From an uncultured Dictyoglomota bacterium (GTDB taxonomy: Bacteria > Dictyoglomota > Dictyoglomia > Dictyoglomales > Dictyoglomaceae): a stretch of DNA of 64,000 bases. Location: assembly GCA_964654465.1 (NCBI GenBank), contig CAZZIO010000018.1:1-64000 (forward strand). The letters run 5' to 3'. The notes below the pieces were generated by a model. That model worked only from the letters and a program-made list of their open reading frames with translations, ran no database searches and had not been told where the DNA came from. The position numbers and the translations under genes were made by a program. Of the stretch, positions 6,925-17,591 are shown in pieces (the first letter of the stretch is position 1; every line of letters begins with the position of its first letter).

Positions 6925-7637
6925 TTATGCTGTAACTTTTTCTTGAATATACATTTTAAAAATATCATGTATCATTAGATTAATTTTTTCGCTTCTTTTT
7001 ATTTCTATTAGATTAAAATCAGGTTCACCACAGACATCAACACCTAATACCTTGTATTGAGAAAGGATATTCAAAATATCAAAAAATGAATCTAAATCTA
7101 TCATTCCTTGTTCCCAATTTGTAAAGATATATTTTTTATCAAGTATATCTTTGTCAATACTTATATAGACAGGAAAATTTATGTATTTTTTAAGATATCA
7201 AAATCATTTTTAATTATTTTCAATTTTCTGAATAAATTATCTTTAAAAGAAATGTTTTCATTATCAGTCACCACTACCACTTTTTCAATAAAGGGTAATC
7301 TTACTGCGTCTCTTATCCAGGATCCACAACTTATATATCCCTCAAAGGTTTCCATAAAATCCAAATGATGATCAATAACTACTAACTCAAAAGGTAATTT
7401 TATATTCCTTATAAAAAGATAGGTTAAATAGTGAAAATCACTTTTTCCTAAAAATTTAATTCCTTTATAATCAAAAGGAATTAATTTTTTATATTCTTCT
7501 AATTTCTCATAGGAACACAGATATTTGACCTGGGAAATATTATTAAAAGAAATTAACTTTCCTATAGAAAGAAGCTGATTCTGATTTGTATAAACATGGT
7601 CAAAATTTAATATTAAGGTAGGAAAATTGGTTGACAT
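6925..7637 (-). pseudogene. Arginase/ureohydrolase-fold protein split by a frameshift at an A6 tract (7186-7191)
   Basis: Frame 1 has DFHYLT, IDHHLD and SCGSW; the -1 frame continues VYISIDKD, TNWEQG, GVDVCGE to a stop at 6925. Confidence 0.8.
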
Positions 7638-7661
7638 AATTTTCCTACTATATTCTTATTT

Positions 7662-8444
7662 TCACTTTTTAATCATTCTCTCAATTTCAATGTGAAATTT
7701 ACCCCTTGACGTTACCTTTATATCAAGAACTCTAAAACTACCAAGATTATGAACAGTTACTATATCTCCTATATTTAATTCATAAAAAGAATCCTGAATC
7801 TTCCTTCCATTGACCTCTACCCCACCACCTTTAATATAAGTTTGCATTTTACTTCTTGATATTCCAAGTGCAAAGCTCCCTATAGCATCCACCCGCTTAG
7901 ATGCTTCTGTAGTACGTAATATTTTAGATGGCTTTGTATAACTTTGTAATTCATAAAAGCTTAATATTTTAAATTCAAAATTAGTGTCATTAAAAACTTC
8001 TTCTATATCATCTCTAATTTCATTAGCGAAGATAATTTTCCAACCATCATGGGTTAGCCATATATCCCCAATTTTATCTAATGAAATGCCCTTTTCTTTT
8101 AAAAATTCCAATATAAAATTAGAATTTATTTTTTCATAAGAAATCAGATTTATTCCTGCAAAATATTTATTTAAATCCAAATATTCTATCAATTCTATTT
8201 TATCAGAGATAAAACCTCTTTTCCTTTCAGCTCCACTTATACCACCTTCAAGCCTTGTATATAACGTATTTTGAAAAAGAAAACTGATTTTTTGAAATAA
8301 ATATTGTTCTGTAAGAGACAAAAAACCTGTTGGATTTATACCTCCTTTTTGCCCCACTCTTTGGAACACCTTATAAATTTCTCTTACCTTTTCTTTATCT
8401 TCCTCTCTCTTTAAATCTTGAATAATATCTTCTAAATTTCTCAT
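7662..8444 (-). CDS. YlmH-like S4-domain RNA-binding protein
   Basis: TGFLS, GG...AERKR, and S4 domain RVDAIGSFALGISRSK. Confidence 0.8.
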   Translation of the reverse strand: MRNLEDIIQDLKREEDKEKVREIYKVFQRVGQKGGINPTGFLSLTEQYLFQKISFLFQNTLYTRLEGGISGAERKRGFISDKIELIEYLDLNKYFAGINLISYEKINSNFILEFLKEKGISLDKIGDIWLTHDGWKIIFANEIRDDIEEVFNDTNFEFKILSFYELQSYTKPSKILRTTEASKRVDAIGSFALGISRSKMQTYIKGGGVEVNGRKIQDSFYELNIGDIVTVHNLGSFRVLDIKVTSRGKFHIEIERMIKK

Positions 8445-8534
8445 AATAATTAATAATATCACGAGAATCTCTTTTAAAAAAAGCTTCTTAAGGGTAAAAT
8501 CTATAAATATATAATACTTTTAAGAGGTGGAAAA

Positions 8535-9470
8535 ATGAAGATAGGAGTTTTAATAGGTGTTAAATCTACAGAAAAAGAAATTGCCATGAAAACTGCCCAA
8601 AATATTATTTCTGCCTTGAAGATTAAGGGTTATGAATATTGTGAAATACCTATTGATGAAAATATTGTTGAAAATATAAAAAGGGAAAAAATTGATGTGG
8701 CTATAATTTCTGCTCATGGTTTATATGGTGAAGACGGAACTATTCAGGGACTCTTAGAGCTTCTTGGTATACCTTATGTAGGCTCTGGTGTCCTTGCCAG
8801 TGCATTAGCTTTAAATAAAGTTATGGCTAAAAAAATATTTCTATATCATAAAATACCTACTCCTAAATGGATTGAAATTTCAAAAAAAGATATGGAAACA
8901 AAAGATTTAGAAAAAATTCTTGAAAACATAAAGAAACTAAAGAAACCCTGGATAGTTAAGCCCTCAAACCAAGGTTCCACAATAGGATTATCTATAGCAA
9001 ATGATAAAGATGAATTAATAAAAGCCCTTGAATATGCCTTTAGATTTGATCAATATATTCTAATAGAAGAGTTTATAAGAGGAAAAGAAATAACAGCAAG
9101 TATTTATGACATAGATAATACAATTTGCCTTCCTTTAATAGAAATTATTCCCAAAACAGGTTTTTACGATTATCAAACTAAATATACCCCAGGATTAAGT
9201 GAACATATAATTCCCGCAAGACTTTCTGAAGAAACTTACAAAAAAGCCCAAGAGCTTGGTGTTTTAGCTCACCAAGCTCTTGGTTGTAGACATCTTTCAA
9301 GAGTTGACATGATTGTAGAAGAAGATACACAAAATATATACGTTTTAGAAGTAAATACTATTCCAGGTATGACAGAAACAAGCTTATATCCCGAATCTGC
9401 CAAAGCTTTTGGAATAGAATTTCCAGACCTTATTGACAGCTTCATAAAATCTGCCTTAAGAAGTATTTAA
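8535..9470 (+). CDS. ddl: D-alanine--D-alanine ligase
   Basis: HGLYGEDG, FYDYQTKY, EVNTIPGMTETS. Confidence 0.95.
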   Translation: MKIGVLIGVKSTEKEIAMKTAQNIISALKIKGYEYCEIPIDENIVENIKREKIDVAIISAHGLYGEDGTIQGLLELLGIPYVGSGVLASALALNKVMAKKIFLYHKIPTPKWIEISKKDMETKDLEKILENIKKLKKPWIVKPSNQGSTIGLSIANDKDELIKALEYAFRFDQYILIEEFIRGKEITASIYDIDNTICLPLIEIIPKTGFYDYQTKYTPGLSEHIIPARLSEETYKKAQELGVLAHQALGCRHLSRVDMIVEEDTQNIYVLEVNTIPGMTETSLYPESAKAFGIEFPDLIDSFIKSALRSI

Positions 9471-10304
9471 TTACCTCTTATTCTTTTTTACTTTGGGTTC
9501 AGCTGAAATTTTTCTATATAATGGGCAACTTTGAGGTAAAAGTGGTAATCCTGCCTTTCTCCTACTATAAGCATAAATACCAAAAGCAATAAGCAATAAA
9601 GATACTGTCTGGGATCCTGTTAAGTATAAAAAGTTTCTTGGATTGTCTCTAAATATTTCTACAATGAAGAAAGCTAATGAATAATATACAAAGAAATTAG
9701 TAGCTACCTCCCCATCAAAAGTCTTTCTATTCTTAACTCTTAGTAAATATACAAAAACAATTAGGAAAGCAATTGTATAATAAAGTTCGGTAGCATGTCT
9801 ATATCCATATATATTTGGGAATTTTACTCCCCAAAGTAATGGGGTTTCATATCCATAACAACAACCATTTAAAAAACAGCCAATTCTTCCAATTGCACTA
9901 CCTATAGCAATACTTGGAGTAATAACATCTAAAAACTTCCAATAAGAGATTTTGTGTCTCCAAAGATAAATCAATACCACAATTGTTGCTGCAAAAAATC
10001 CACCAAAGAATATTAATCCACCATCCCAAAGTTGCAATATTGAAATGAGATTACCTTTATATGCATTCCAATATTTTATTACATAAACAATTCTCGCTCC
10101 TAAGATTCCTGAAATAATACTCCATACTGATACATTCAATACATGGTCTGGATCAATATCCTCTCTTTTTGCCCATCTCATTGCTAATAGAATTCCTATA
10201 AGGAAGCCTAAAGCTACTAAAGTGCCCCATGAATAAATTACAATAGGTCCAATTTTATACTTAAAAAATTGGAATTGGGGGATTGTAAACAATTTAGGGT
10301 ACAT
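9471..10304 (-). CDS. lgt: Prolipoprotein diacylglyceryl transferase
   Basis: GARIVYV, GRIGCFLNGCCYG; multi-pass membrane protein. Confidence 0.95.
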   Translation of the reverse strand: MYPKLFTIPQFQFFKYKIGPIVIYSWGTLVALGFLIGILLAMRWAKREDIDPDHVLNVSVWSIISGILGARIVYVIKYWNAYKGNLISILQLWDGGLIFFGGFFAATIVVLIYLWRHKISYWKFLDVITPSIAIGSAIGRIGCFLNGCCYGYETPLLWGVKFPNIYGYRHATELYYTIAFLIVFVYLLRVKNRKTFDGEVATNFFVYYSLAFFIVEIFRDNPRNFLYLTGSQTVSLLLIAFGIYAYSRRKAGLPLLPQSCPLYRKISAEPKVKKNKR

Positions 10305-10326
10305 TTTATCTCTCTACCTCCTTCTT

Positions 10327-10719
10327 TTATTTTATTAGTTTTAGAAATAGAAAAAATCCTCCCAAAGTAATAAAAACATCAGCCAAATTGAAAACAAAAA
10401 AATTTTTCATATGAATAAAGTCTATCACATAACCATAAAAAACTCTATCATACAAATTTCCTAAAAGTCCTCCTAATATAAATGCTATACCCAAAAAACT
10501 AAATTTCTTATATAGTATCAAGAGCACTATAAGGGCTAAAAAACTAAAAAATATAAGAAAGAATCTCGGAATATATATTCCTAAAGCAGCACCATAATTA
10601 TGCACAAGATTAAAGCTAATTACAAAATCCAATTTTACTCCATCAAAAAAATGCCTATTGGCCATTTCTTTAGTTATTCTATCTATTAAAAAAAGAATAA
10701 GTATAATCCAGTATTTCAT
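10327..10719 (-). CDS. lspA: Lipoprotein signal peptidase II
   Basis: NYGAA, GNLYDR, VIDFI, FNLAD. Confidence 0.9.
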   Translation of the reverse strand: MKYWIILILFLIDRITKEMANRHFFDGVKLDFVISFNLVHNYGAALGIYIPRFFLIFFSFLALIVLLILYKKFSFLGIAFILGGLLGNLYDRVFYGYVIDFIHMKNFFVFNLADVFITLGGFFLFLKLIK

Positions 10720-11165
10720 AAATAATATATTAAGGCAAATTCACCACAGTCTGGAAATTTCGGACATCTAACACAATCACTCCAAACCTTAAAGGGTAAT
10801 GTTCTTTTATCAACCTCTACAAAACCCAACTTTTTAAAATACTCTGGAATATATGTAAGGGCAAGTACTCTCTTTAAACCAAGAAATTTTGCTTCATTTA
10901 GACAAGTAAATACAAGTTTTCTTCCATAACCCCTTCCTTCGTATTCTTTTTTAACAATAACTGACCTCACTTCTCCAAGGTCTTCCCAAATAATATGTAA
11001 AGCACAAGTACCTATAATTTTTTTTTCTATCTCTAATATGTAAAAATCCCTAATATTTTCATAAAGATCACTTAAAGATCTCGGAAGAAGAAGACCTTTT
11101 TCAGCATATTCATTAATTAGTTTATGAATTTCAGGTACGTCTTGTATTTTTGCTTTTCTTATCAT
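10716..11165 (-). CDS. GNAT amino-acid N-acetyltransferase (short ArgA-like)
   Basis: LLPRS..LYENIRDF, EVRS, KVWSDCVRCPKFPDC. Confidence 0.85.
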   Translation of the reverse strand: MIRKAKIQDVPEIHKLINEYAEKGLLLPRSLSDLYENIRDFYILEIEKKIIGTCALHIIWEDLGEVRSVIVKKEYEGRGYGRKLVFTCLNEAKFLGLKRVLALTYIPEYFKKLGFVEVDKRTLPFKVWSDCVRCPKFPDCGEFALIYYL

Positions 11166-12055
11166 ACTTCTACCCTCGGTAAGAAAGATTCTACAAATTC
11201 TTTAGGATCAAAGGGTTCAAAATCATCTTTATCCTCACCTATACTTACAAACTTTACAGGTATTCTAAAGGTCTTTACAATATTAAAAATTACACCTCCT
11301 TTTGCAGTACCATCTAATTTAGTTAATATTACTCCGGTAAGATCAACAGCATTTCTAAAAGTCTCTACCTGTTTTATAACATTTTGACCTAAGGTAGCGT
11401 CTACTACAATAAGATTTTCAGAAGGTTTATATCCTAAAGTTTTTTCAACAACTCTTTCGATCTTCTTCAACTCTTCTAAGAGATTACTCTTTGTGTGCAT
11501 TCTTCCAGCAGTATCTACCAATAAAACATTTTTATTTCTTGCTTTAGCAGCTTCTATAGCATTATAAACAACCGATGCTGGGTCAGCTCCTTCTTTTTGA
11601 GCTATAACATCTACTCCTACCCTCTCTCCCCAAAGCTTAATTTGATCAATAGCTGCTGCCCTAAAAGTATCTCCTGCAGCTATTATTGGAGAATAGCCCA
11701 TATTTTTTAGGTAATAGGCCATCTTACCAACTGCACTTGTTTTTCCTGTACCATTTACACCTAAATATATAAAAACATTTATCTTTTCTGGAATAATATT
11801 AAGCTGAGAATTTATCCCACTAAAAATACTCAAAAAGAAATTAAACATAAATTCTATAAGTTCAGAAGTGGATGTGATTTTTTGCTTTTTAATTTCATTA
11901 ATTAACTGATTTGTTAATTCTAAACCTAAATCACTTTGAATAAGTTCCATTTCCAATTCATCCAAAAGATCATCATCAATCTTAGAAAAGCTAAAAATGT
12001 TCTGTAATTTCTCTGCAAATTTTTGTAATTTAGGTAGCCTATTCCAAAAGCTCAA
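11162..12055 (-). CDS. ftsY: Signal recognition particle receptor FtsY
   Basis: GVNGTGKT, DTFRAAA, DTAGR, TKLDGTAKGG; TTG start after a GGAGG RBS. Confidence 0.95.
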   Translation of the reverse strand: MSFWNRLPKLQKFAEKLQNIFSFSKIDDDLLDELEMELIQSDLGLELTNQLINEIKKQKITSTSELIEFMFNFFLSIFSGINSQLNIIPEKINVFIYLGVNGTGKTSAVGKMAYYLKNMGYSPIIAAGDTFRAAAIDQIKLWGERVGVDVIAQKEGADPASVVYNAIEAAKARNKNVLLVDTAGRMHTKSNLLEELKKIERVVEKTLGYKPSENLIVVDATLGQNVIKQVETFRNAVDLTGVILTKLDGTAKGGVIFNIVKTFRIPVKFVSIGEDKDDFEPFDPKEFVESFLPRVEV

Positions 12056-15000
12056 TTTGCAACCTCCTCTTCTAATTTCCAAAAAAATACTTGCGAAGAA
12101 CCCTTATCATTTAAAGTCACACCATATATTATATCAGCATATTGCATCAAAACAGGATTATGAGATATAAGAATAAATTGATTCTCTTTACTTAATTCCT
12201 TTATTTTCCTACCTAAAATCATGGCATTTTGATTATCCAGAGCAGAATCAATTTCATCCCAAAAGCAAAAATTAATATGAGCAAGTTCTACCGCAGAAAG
12301 CAAAATAGATATACCCACCAAACTTTTTTCTCCTCCAGAAAGCATAATAATATTTCTCCAACTTTTCTTCTGAGATGAAATTCTAAGTTTTATATCAGAG
12401 GTCAATGGATCACTTTCATTATCTAAGAAAATTTCAAGATTTGAATTAGGAAAAAAAAGTTGCCAATTTTTATTTACTAAATCCTTAAATTGTAAGAAAC
12501 AACCCACAAATCTTTTTTCGGCCTCTTCCCTCGTTTCCCTAATTATCTTTCTCAAAGAATTAATAGATCCATACACATCATCTATCTGTATAATAAGTTC
12601 TTTATATTTTTTCTCTCCTTCCTCCAATTTTGTTTTTGCCAAAAAGTTTACAGGGCCTAACTTTTCCAACTCTTTAACAAGATCTTTCTCCAAAATCCTT
12701 AGTTTTTCCTCGGGAAGATCTATTTTTAATTCCCAATCCTCCTGGTAATTATTCTCTATGTCTACTTCTAACTCTCTTATACGATTTAATAAATCTTTCT
12801 TTTTTTCCAAAAGAACAATCTCTTCTTCTCTGTTTTCTTGCCATTTCTTCTCTAATTCTTTAATACGAGTCGTAAGAAGACTCTGTTTTTCAAAAAACTC
12901 ATTATTTTCTTCAAGTAATCTTCTCTTTTCTTCTAATAGCTCCTTTATTCTATTTTCTAAATATTTAATGTTTTTACTTAAATTGGATAAATCATCGTCA
13001 ATTTTCATTATTTCTTGGTCTATGTTTTTCATCCTTTTTTCAAGATAACTATATCTTTCCTGTAAAAGATTAAGCTCTTTTTCTAAAGCTATTTTTTGGA
13101 TCTTACAATTTTCATACTTATCTCTCCATATTTTTATATCCCTTTGTAAACTATTGATTTCATCTATGATAGCTTTTAATCTATCCTCTAAAAAAAGTCC
13201 TTCTCTTTCGTATATTTCTAACTTTCTTCTTCTTTCCAATAGATTTTGTTTTTCTTCTCTTTTCTTCTTAATTAGATTTTCAAGTTTAATAATTATTGGC
13301 TCTAATTTTACTCTTATATCTTTCATTTTATCAATTTCATTTCTCAATATCTCTAAATCCCTTTTTAAAAATTGGTTGCTTTCAATAAGATCTCTTATCT
13401 TTTCCTCATTTTCTACAATAGACTTTTCTGATAAAAGTGTAGCCTCAATATTGAATCTTATTCCACCACTTATGGTTCCTGATGGTAAGAATACTTCCCC
13501 TTGAAGGGTAACAATTCTCCATCCATCATTAAGAATGTCTTTATTCTCAACAGCAGAATCAAAATTATTAAAAATAATAACATTACCTAAAATATTTTTA
13601 ACTAAATTATCATATTGACAATCATATTTCACAATATCAATTGCTCTAACCGCCACATTTTTCAGCTTTTCAGGAAGATCTTTAATTTTTTCATATCTAT
13701 TTAAGGTTAATGGTCTAAAAGTAGCCCATCCAACTCTTTTTTCTTTTAAAAAGTTAATTAATTCTTTTGCTGTTTTTTCATCATTCACAATTATGTCATA
13801 TATAGTATTTCCTAAAAGATTATATAAAGCCTCTAAATACTCAAAGGGTATCTCTATAATGTTCTTAAAAATGTCATGTATTTTCTCTCTTTTGTAATGG
13901 ATAATTTCTCTTACACCACGGGGATAATTTTCTACTAAACTTTCCTTTAATTCACCTATAAGATTTTTTAATTTGTTTATCTCCACAATATTTTTCTCAA
14001 AAGTTTCTTCTTTTTTTCTAAATATCTTATTTTTTTCAATATAATCTTTTTCCAAGCTCTCTCTATAATTTTTAAGATTAAATAATCTTTTTTCCCAATT
14101 TCTAATAACTATATCAATTTTCTCAATTTTATTATCTATAATCTCTACATCTTCATGGGAAAAAGAAAATTCAGAAAATTCCTTAATTTTTTGTTCCAAC
14201 CTACTTTTTTCTATAATTTTCTCTTGTAAAGCAATTTCTCTATCTTTCAAAATATCAAAAATTTCATCATAATTTTCACTATTAATACTTTCTAATTTTT
14301 TCTCAATATCATTCCTTTGTGTTCCTACAAGATAAAGCTCTTTTTCTAAATCAGTCCTTTCTTCCCTTATACTTTTCAACCTTTCAGTTAGAAGATTTCT
14401 CTTTTCTTCATTTCTACTTTTTTCGATACTCAATTTTTGAAGTTCATTATCTAAACTCTCCAAATATGCTTTTTTATCTTTCAAAATCTTATCTATATTT
14501 TCTTTTTCTCTTTGAAGCTCTTCCTTATTCAATATGATAGAATCTATAACATTCTCAAGCTCTTTTAACCTTAAATCTATATTCTCAAATTCCTTCTTAT
14601 ATTTTTCAAGATTTTTTAAGGCTTTTTGCCGTAAACAATATTTAAGAGACTCCCGAACGTCAGCAATTTTTTTATTTATCTCTTCATATTTTTGGGCCAC
14701 CCTAGCTTCTTCTTTTAAAATATCTAAATTGGCTTCCATCTCTTTTCTTTTCTCTTCAAGTTTATTCCATTCATTTTCAACTACTTCCAACTTTAACAAA
14801 ATATCCTTTACCTTCTCATGATAACCGGATATTCCAGCTATACTTTCAATGATTTCTCTTAACCTTTCATTTTCTTTTACTACTAAATTATCTATCTCCC
14901 CCTGATTCAAAAAAGCAAAGCTATATCTACCAAGACCAAGATTTAAAAAAAACATCTGAATATCTTTTAGTCTGACCAGTTTATTATTAATATAGTAATT

Positions 15001-15312
15001 GCTTTCTTCCTCCCTATATATTTTTCTTGAAATTTCTATTTCCTCATCATCTAACTGCAAACACAAATCAACCTCTGCAAAATTTGAGGGAGGATGAAAT
15101 TTATTTCCCCCAAAAATTACCTCGTCTACTTTTTCTGCCCTCAAGGTTTTAACTCTCTGCTCTCCTAAGACCCACCTTATAGCATCTAAAATATTACTCT
15201 TACCACTACCATTAGGGCCAGTAATAACAGTAAAATTTTGAGAAAATGGTATTTTGGTTGATCCTATAAAAGATTTAAAATTGTGAAGTTCTAATCTTTT
15301 AAGATATATCAT
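12052..15312 (-). CDS. smc: Chromosome segregation protein SMC
   Basis: GPNGSGKSN Walker A, coiled coils, hinge, LSGGE, DEIDSALD; rnc-smc-ftsY gene order. Confidence 0.95.
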   Translation of the reverse strand: MIYLKRLELHNFKSFIGSTKIPFSQNFTVITGPNGSGKSNILDAIRWVLGEQRVKTLRAEKVDEVIFGGNKFHPPSNFAEVDLCLQLDDEEIEISRKIYREEESNYYINNKLVRLKDIQMFFLNLGLGRYSFAFLNQGEIDNLVVKENERLREIIESIAGISGYHEKVKDILLKLEVVENEWNKLEEKRKEMEANLDILKEEARVAQKYEEINKKIADVRESLKYCLRQKALKNLEKYKKEFENIDLRLKELENVIDSIILNKEELQREKENIDKILKDKKAYLESLDNELQKLSIEKSRNEEKRNLLTERLKSIREERTDLEKELYLVGTQRNDIEKKLESINSENYDEIFDILKDREIALQEKIIEKSRLEQKIKEFSEFSFSHEDVEIIDNKIEKIDIVIRNWEKRLFNLKNYRESLEKDYIEKNKIFRKKEETFEKNIVEINKLKNLIGELKESLVENYPRGVREIIHYKREKIHDIFKNIIEIPFEYLEALYNLLGNTIYDIIVNDEKTAKELINFLKEKRVGWATFRPLTLNRYEKIKDLPEKLKNVAVRAIDIVKYDCQYDNLVKNILGNVIIFNNFDSAVENKDILNDGWRIVTLQGEVFLPSGTISGGIRFNIEATLLSEKSIVENEEKIRDLIESNQFLKRDLEILRNEIDKMKDIRVKLEPIIIKLENLIKKKREEKQNLLERRRKLEIYEREGLFLEDRLKAIIDEINSLQRDIKIWRDKYENCKIQKIALEKELNLLQERYSYLEKRMKNIDQEIMKIDDDLSNLSKNIKYLENRIKELLEEKRRLLEENNEFFEKQSLLTTRIKELEKKWQENREEEIVLLEKKKDLLNRIRELEVDIENNYQEDWELKIDLPEEKLRILEKDLVKELEKLGPVNFLAKTKLEEGEKKYKELIIQIDDVYGSINSLRKIIRETREEAEKRFVGCFLQFKDLVNKNWQLFFPNSNLEIFLDNESDPLTSDIKLRISSQKKSWRNIIMLSGGEKSLVGISILLSAVELAHINFCFWDEIDSALDNQNAMILGRKIKELSKENQFILISHNPVLMQYADIIYGVTLNDKGSSQVFFWKLEEEVAN

Positions 15313-16006
15313 TTCTAATTTTCTTCAACCCCTCTTTTGCAGCCATAATTTCTGCTTCCCTTTTACTCTTACCTATACCTTCAGACCACTTTTCTCTATC
15401 TACCCAAAGTTCTACATAAAAAGTTTTATTATGTTCTGGACCTTCCTCTTTTACTACTCTATATTGAGGCTCTTTTCCTTCTTTAAGAAGTATTGATCTT
15501 AATAGGTTTTTCCAATCTACTTCTAAATTTATATTTTTTATATCTTCCTCAAAAATTCTCCAAATAAAATCTTTTACAAAATCATATCCTTTATCCAAAT
15601 ATATTGCTCCAATGAAGGCCTCAAAAAGATCACACAATACTGATGGCTTATTTCTTCCTCCCTGTTTTTCTTCTCCTGTACCTAAAAATATTAATCTATC
15701 TAATTCTAAAGCTTTTGCTTTTTTATATAACATCTCTTCTTTTACAAGAAAGATTCTCATCTGAGTTAATACACCCTCTGTTGCATGCTTATAATAATCA
15801 AAAAGAAGATCAGTGATAACCATATTTAATACTGCATCACCCAAAAATTCTAATCTTTGATTATCTATTTTAAATTCGGGATTTTCATGCTTAAAAGATG
15901 GATGAATAAGAGCTTCTATAAGTAGCTTTTTATTATCGAATGAAACTCCAATATTTTTACCTATCTCTTGACTGATTTTATCTATATCTATTTTAACTTT
16001 TTTCAT
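15299..16006 (-). CDS. rnc: Ribonuclease III
   Basis: NQRLEFLGDAVL signature; C-terminal dsRBD. Confidence 0.97.
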   Translation of the reverse strand: MKKVKIDIDKISQEIGKNIGVSFDNKKLLIEALIHPSFKHENPEFKIDNQRLEFLGDAVLNMVITDLLFDYYKHATEGVLTQMRIFLVKEEMLYKKAKALELDRLIFLGTGEEKQGGRNKPSVLCDLFEAFIGAIYLDKGYDFVKDFIWRIFEEDIKNINLEVDWKNLLRSILLKEGKEPQYRVVKEEGPEHNKTFYVELWVDREKWSEGIGKSKREAEIMAAKEGLKKIRNDIS

Positions 16007-17244
16007 TCTTCAAATTTTTTAAAAATTAATGATGCATTTTGTCCGCCAAAACCGAAAGAATTCTTTAAGGCATATTTTACTTTCCATTTTCTACTTATGT
16101 TAGGTACATAATCCAAATCACATTCTGGATCTTTTTCCTCATAATTTATAGTGGGATGTAATATACCGTTGTATATAGACAACACTGTAGCCACAGATTC
16201 TACAGCACCAGCAGCACCAAGTAAATGTCCAATCATAGATTTTGTAGAACTTACTGGAATATTGTAAGCATAATCCCCAAAGACTTTTTTAATCGCTAAT
16301 GTTTCTATTTTATCATTCAATTTAGTTGAAGTACCATGAGCATTTATATAATTTATTTCCCTTGGATCTATTTGAGCATCTTTTATTGCACGTTTCATAG
16401 AAAGAACAGCCCCATATCCTTCTGGATCTGGTGCTGTTATATGATACGCGTCATCGGATGCCCCAAAACCCACTATTTCTGCATAAATTCTTGCTCCTCT
16501 TTTTAAAGCATGCTCCATTTCTTCAAGTATTAATATTCCTGCACCTTCTCCCATCACAAAACCATCCCTTTTAGCGTCAAAAGGTCTACTTGCTTTCTCA
16601 GGAGGATCATTCTGAGTAGAAAGAGCTTGTAAAGCACAAAAACCAGCTATTCCCATAGGAGTTATCGAGGCTTCTGATCCCCCAACAATAGCAAAATCTG
16701 CCTCACCAAAGGATACTAAGCGGTATCCTATACCAATTGCATGGGCTGAAGATGCACAAGCTGAAACAGGAGAATAATTAGGACCTCTGAAACCAAAAAA
16801 AATAGAAACGTTACCTGAAGCTATATTTATAATTACCATAGGTATTAAAAAAGGACTTACCCTATTTACACCCTTTTCAAATAAAACTCTAAATTGATTT
16901 TCTAAAGTTTCAAAACCACCTATTCCAGATGTAACAATCACAGCAGTATTTTCTTTTTCTTCTTCTGTAGGATTCCAATTAGCATCCTCTATAGCAAGTT
17001 TTGTAGCAGCAACAGCAAATTGAGAAAATCTATCTAATCTTCTAGCTTCCTTTCTATCTATAAAATCTTCTGGGTTAAAATCTTTAACTTCTCCTGCAAT
17101 TTTTGTTGGAAAATCATCTACAGGAAATTTAGTTATGTAGGATATTCCAGATTTCCCATTTATAATTCCTTCCCAAAACTTATCTTTACCAACCCCAAGA
17201 GGTGAGATTACACCTATTCCAGTTACTACAACCCTTCGTCTCAT
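16003..17244 (-). CDS. fabF: 3-oxoacyl-ACP synthase II
   Basis: RRVVVTGIG, SACAS, NAHGTST, NSFGFGG. Confidence 0.97.
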   Translation of the reverse strand: MRRRVVVTGIGVISPLGVGKDKFWEGIINGKSGISYITKFPVDDFPTKIAGEVKDFNPEDFIDRKEARRLDRFSQFAVAATKLAIEDANWNPTEEEKENTAVIVTSGIGGFETLENQFRVLFEKGVNRVSPFLIPMVIINIASGNVSIFFGFRGPNYSPVSACASSAHAIGIGYRLVSFGEADFAIVGGSEASITPMGIAGFCALQALSTQNDPPEKASRPFDAKRDGFVMGEGAGILILEEMEHALKRGARIYAEIVGFGASDDAYHITAPDPEGYGAVLSMKRAIKDAQIDPREINYINAHGTSTKLNDKIETLAIKKVFGDYAYNIPVSSTKSMIGHLLGAAGAVESVATVLSIYNGILHPTINYEEKDPECDLDYVPNISRKWKVKYALKNSFGFGGQNASLIFKKFEE

Positions 17245-17261
17245 CCACAAAACCCCCTTAA

Positions 17262-17295
17262 TAAAAATGAGGGTACTGGATTTTTCCAGTACCCT
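17262..17295 (-). terminator. Hairpin between acpP and fabF
   Basis: AGGGTACTGGA/TCCAGTACCCT 11-bp stem, with a T-rich tail on the minus strand. Confidence 0.65.
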
Positions 17296-17306
17296 TTCTA
17301 CCATAC

Positions 17307-17546
17307 TTATAATCTTTTCTCAATATACCTTACCACATCTCCTACAGTTTTAAATTTTTCTGCCTCCTCATCTTGAACATCAATACCAAACTCTTCTTCT
17401 AATGCCATGATTAGTTCTACAGCATCCAAAGAATCCGCACCTAAGTCCTCTTGAATATTTGAATCCATAGTAACAAGATTCTCATCTACTCTAAGTTGAT
17501 CTACAATTATTTTTTTGACTTTTTCAAAGATGGTAGCCTCATCCAT
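17307..17546 (-). CDS. acpP: Acyl carrier protein
   Basis: [12 protein letters not shown]. Confidence 0.97.
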   Translation of the reverse strand: MDEATIFEKVKKIIVDQLRVDENLVTMDSNIQEDLGADSLDAVELIMALEEEFGIDVQDEEAEKFKTVGDVVRYIEKRL

Positions 17547-17591
17547 TTTACAGTTCACCTCCTTCCTCTTGAGAAATTATATATCATCTTT

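Noticed and set aside
12758-14821. Plus-strand ORFs inside smc, and similar antisense ORFs elsewhere in the track
   Set aside because: Ser/Phe/Leu/Ile-rich antisense shadows of well-supported genes.
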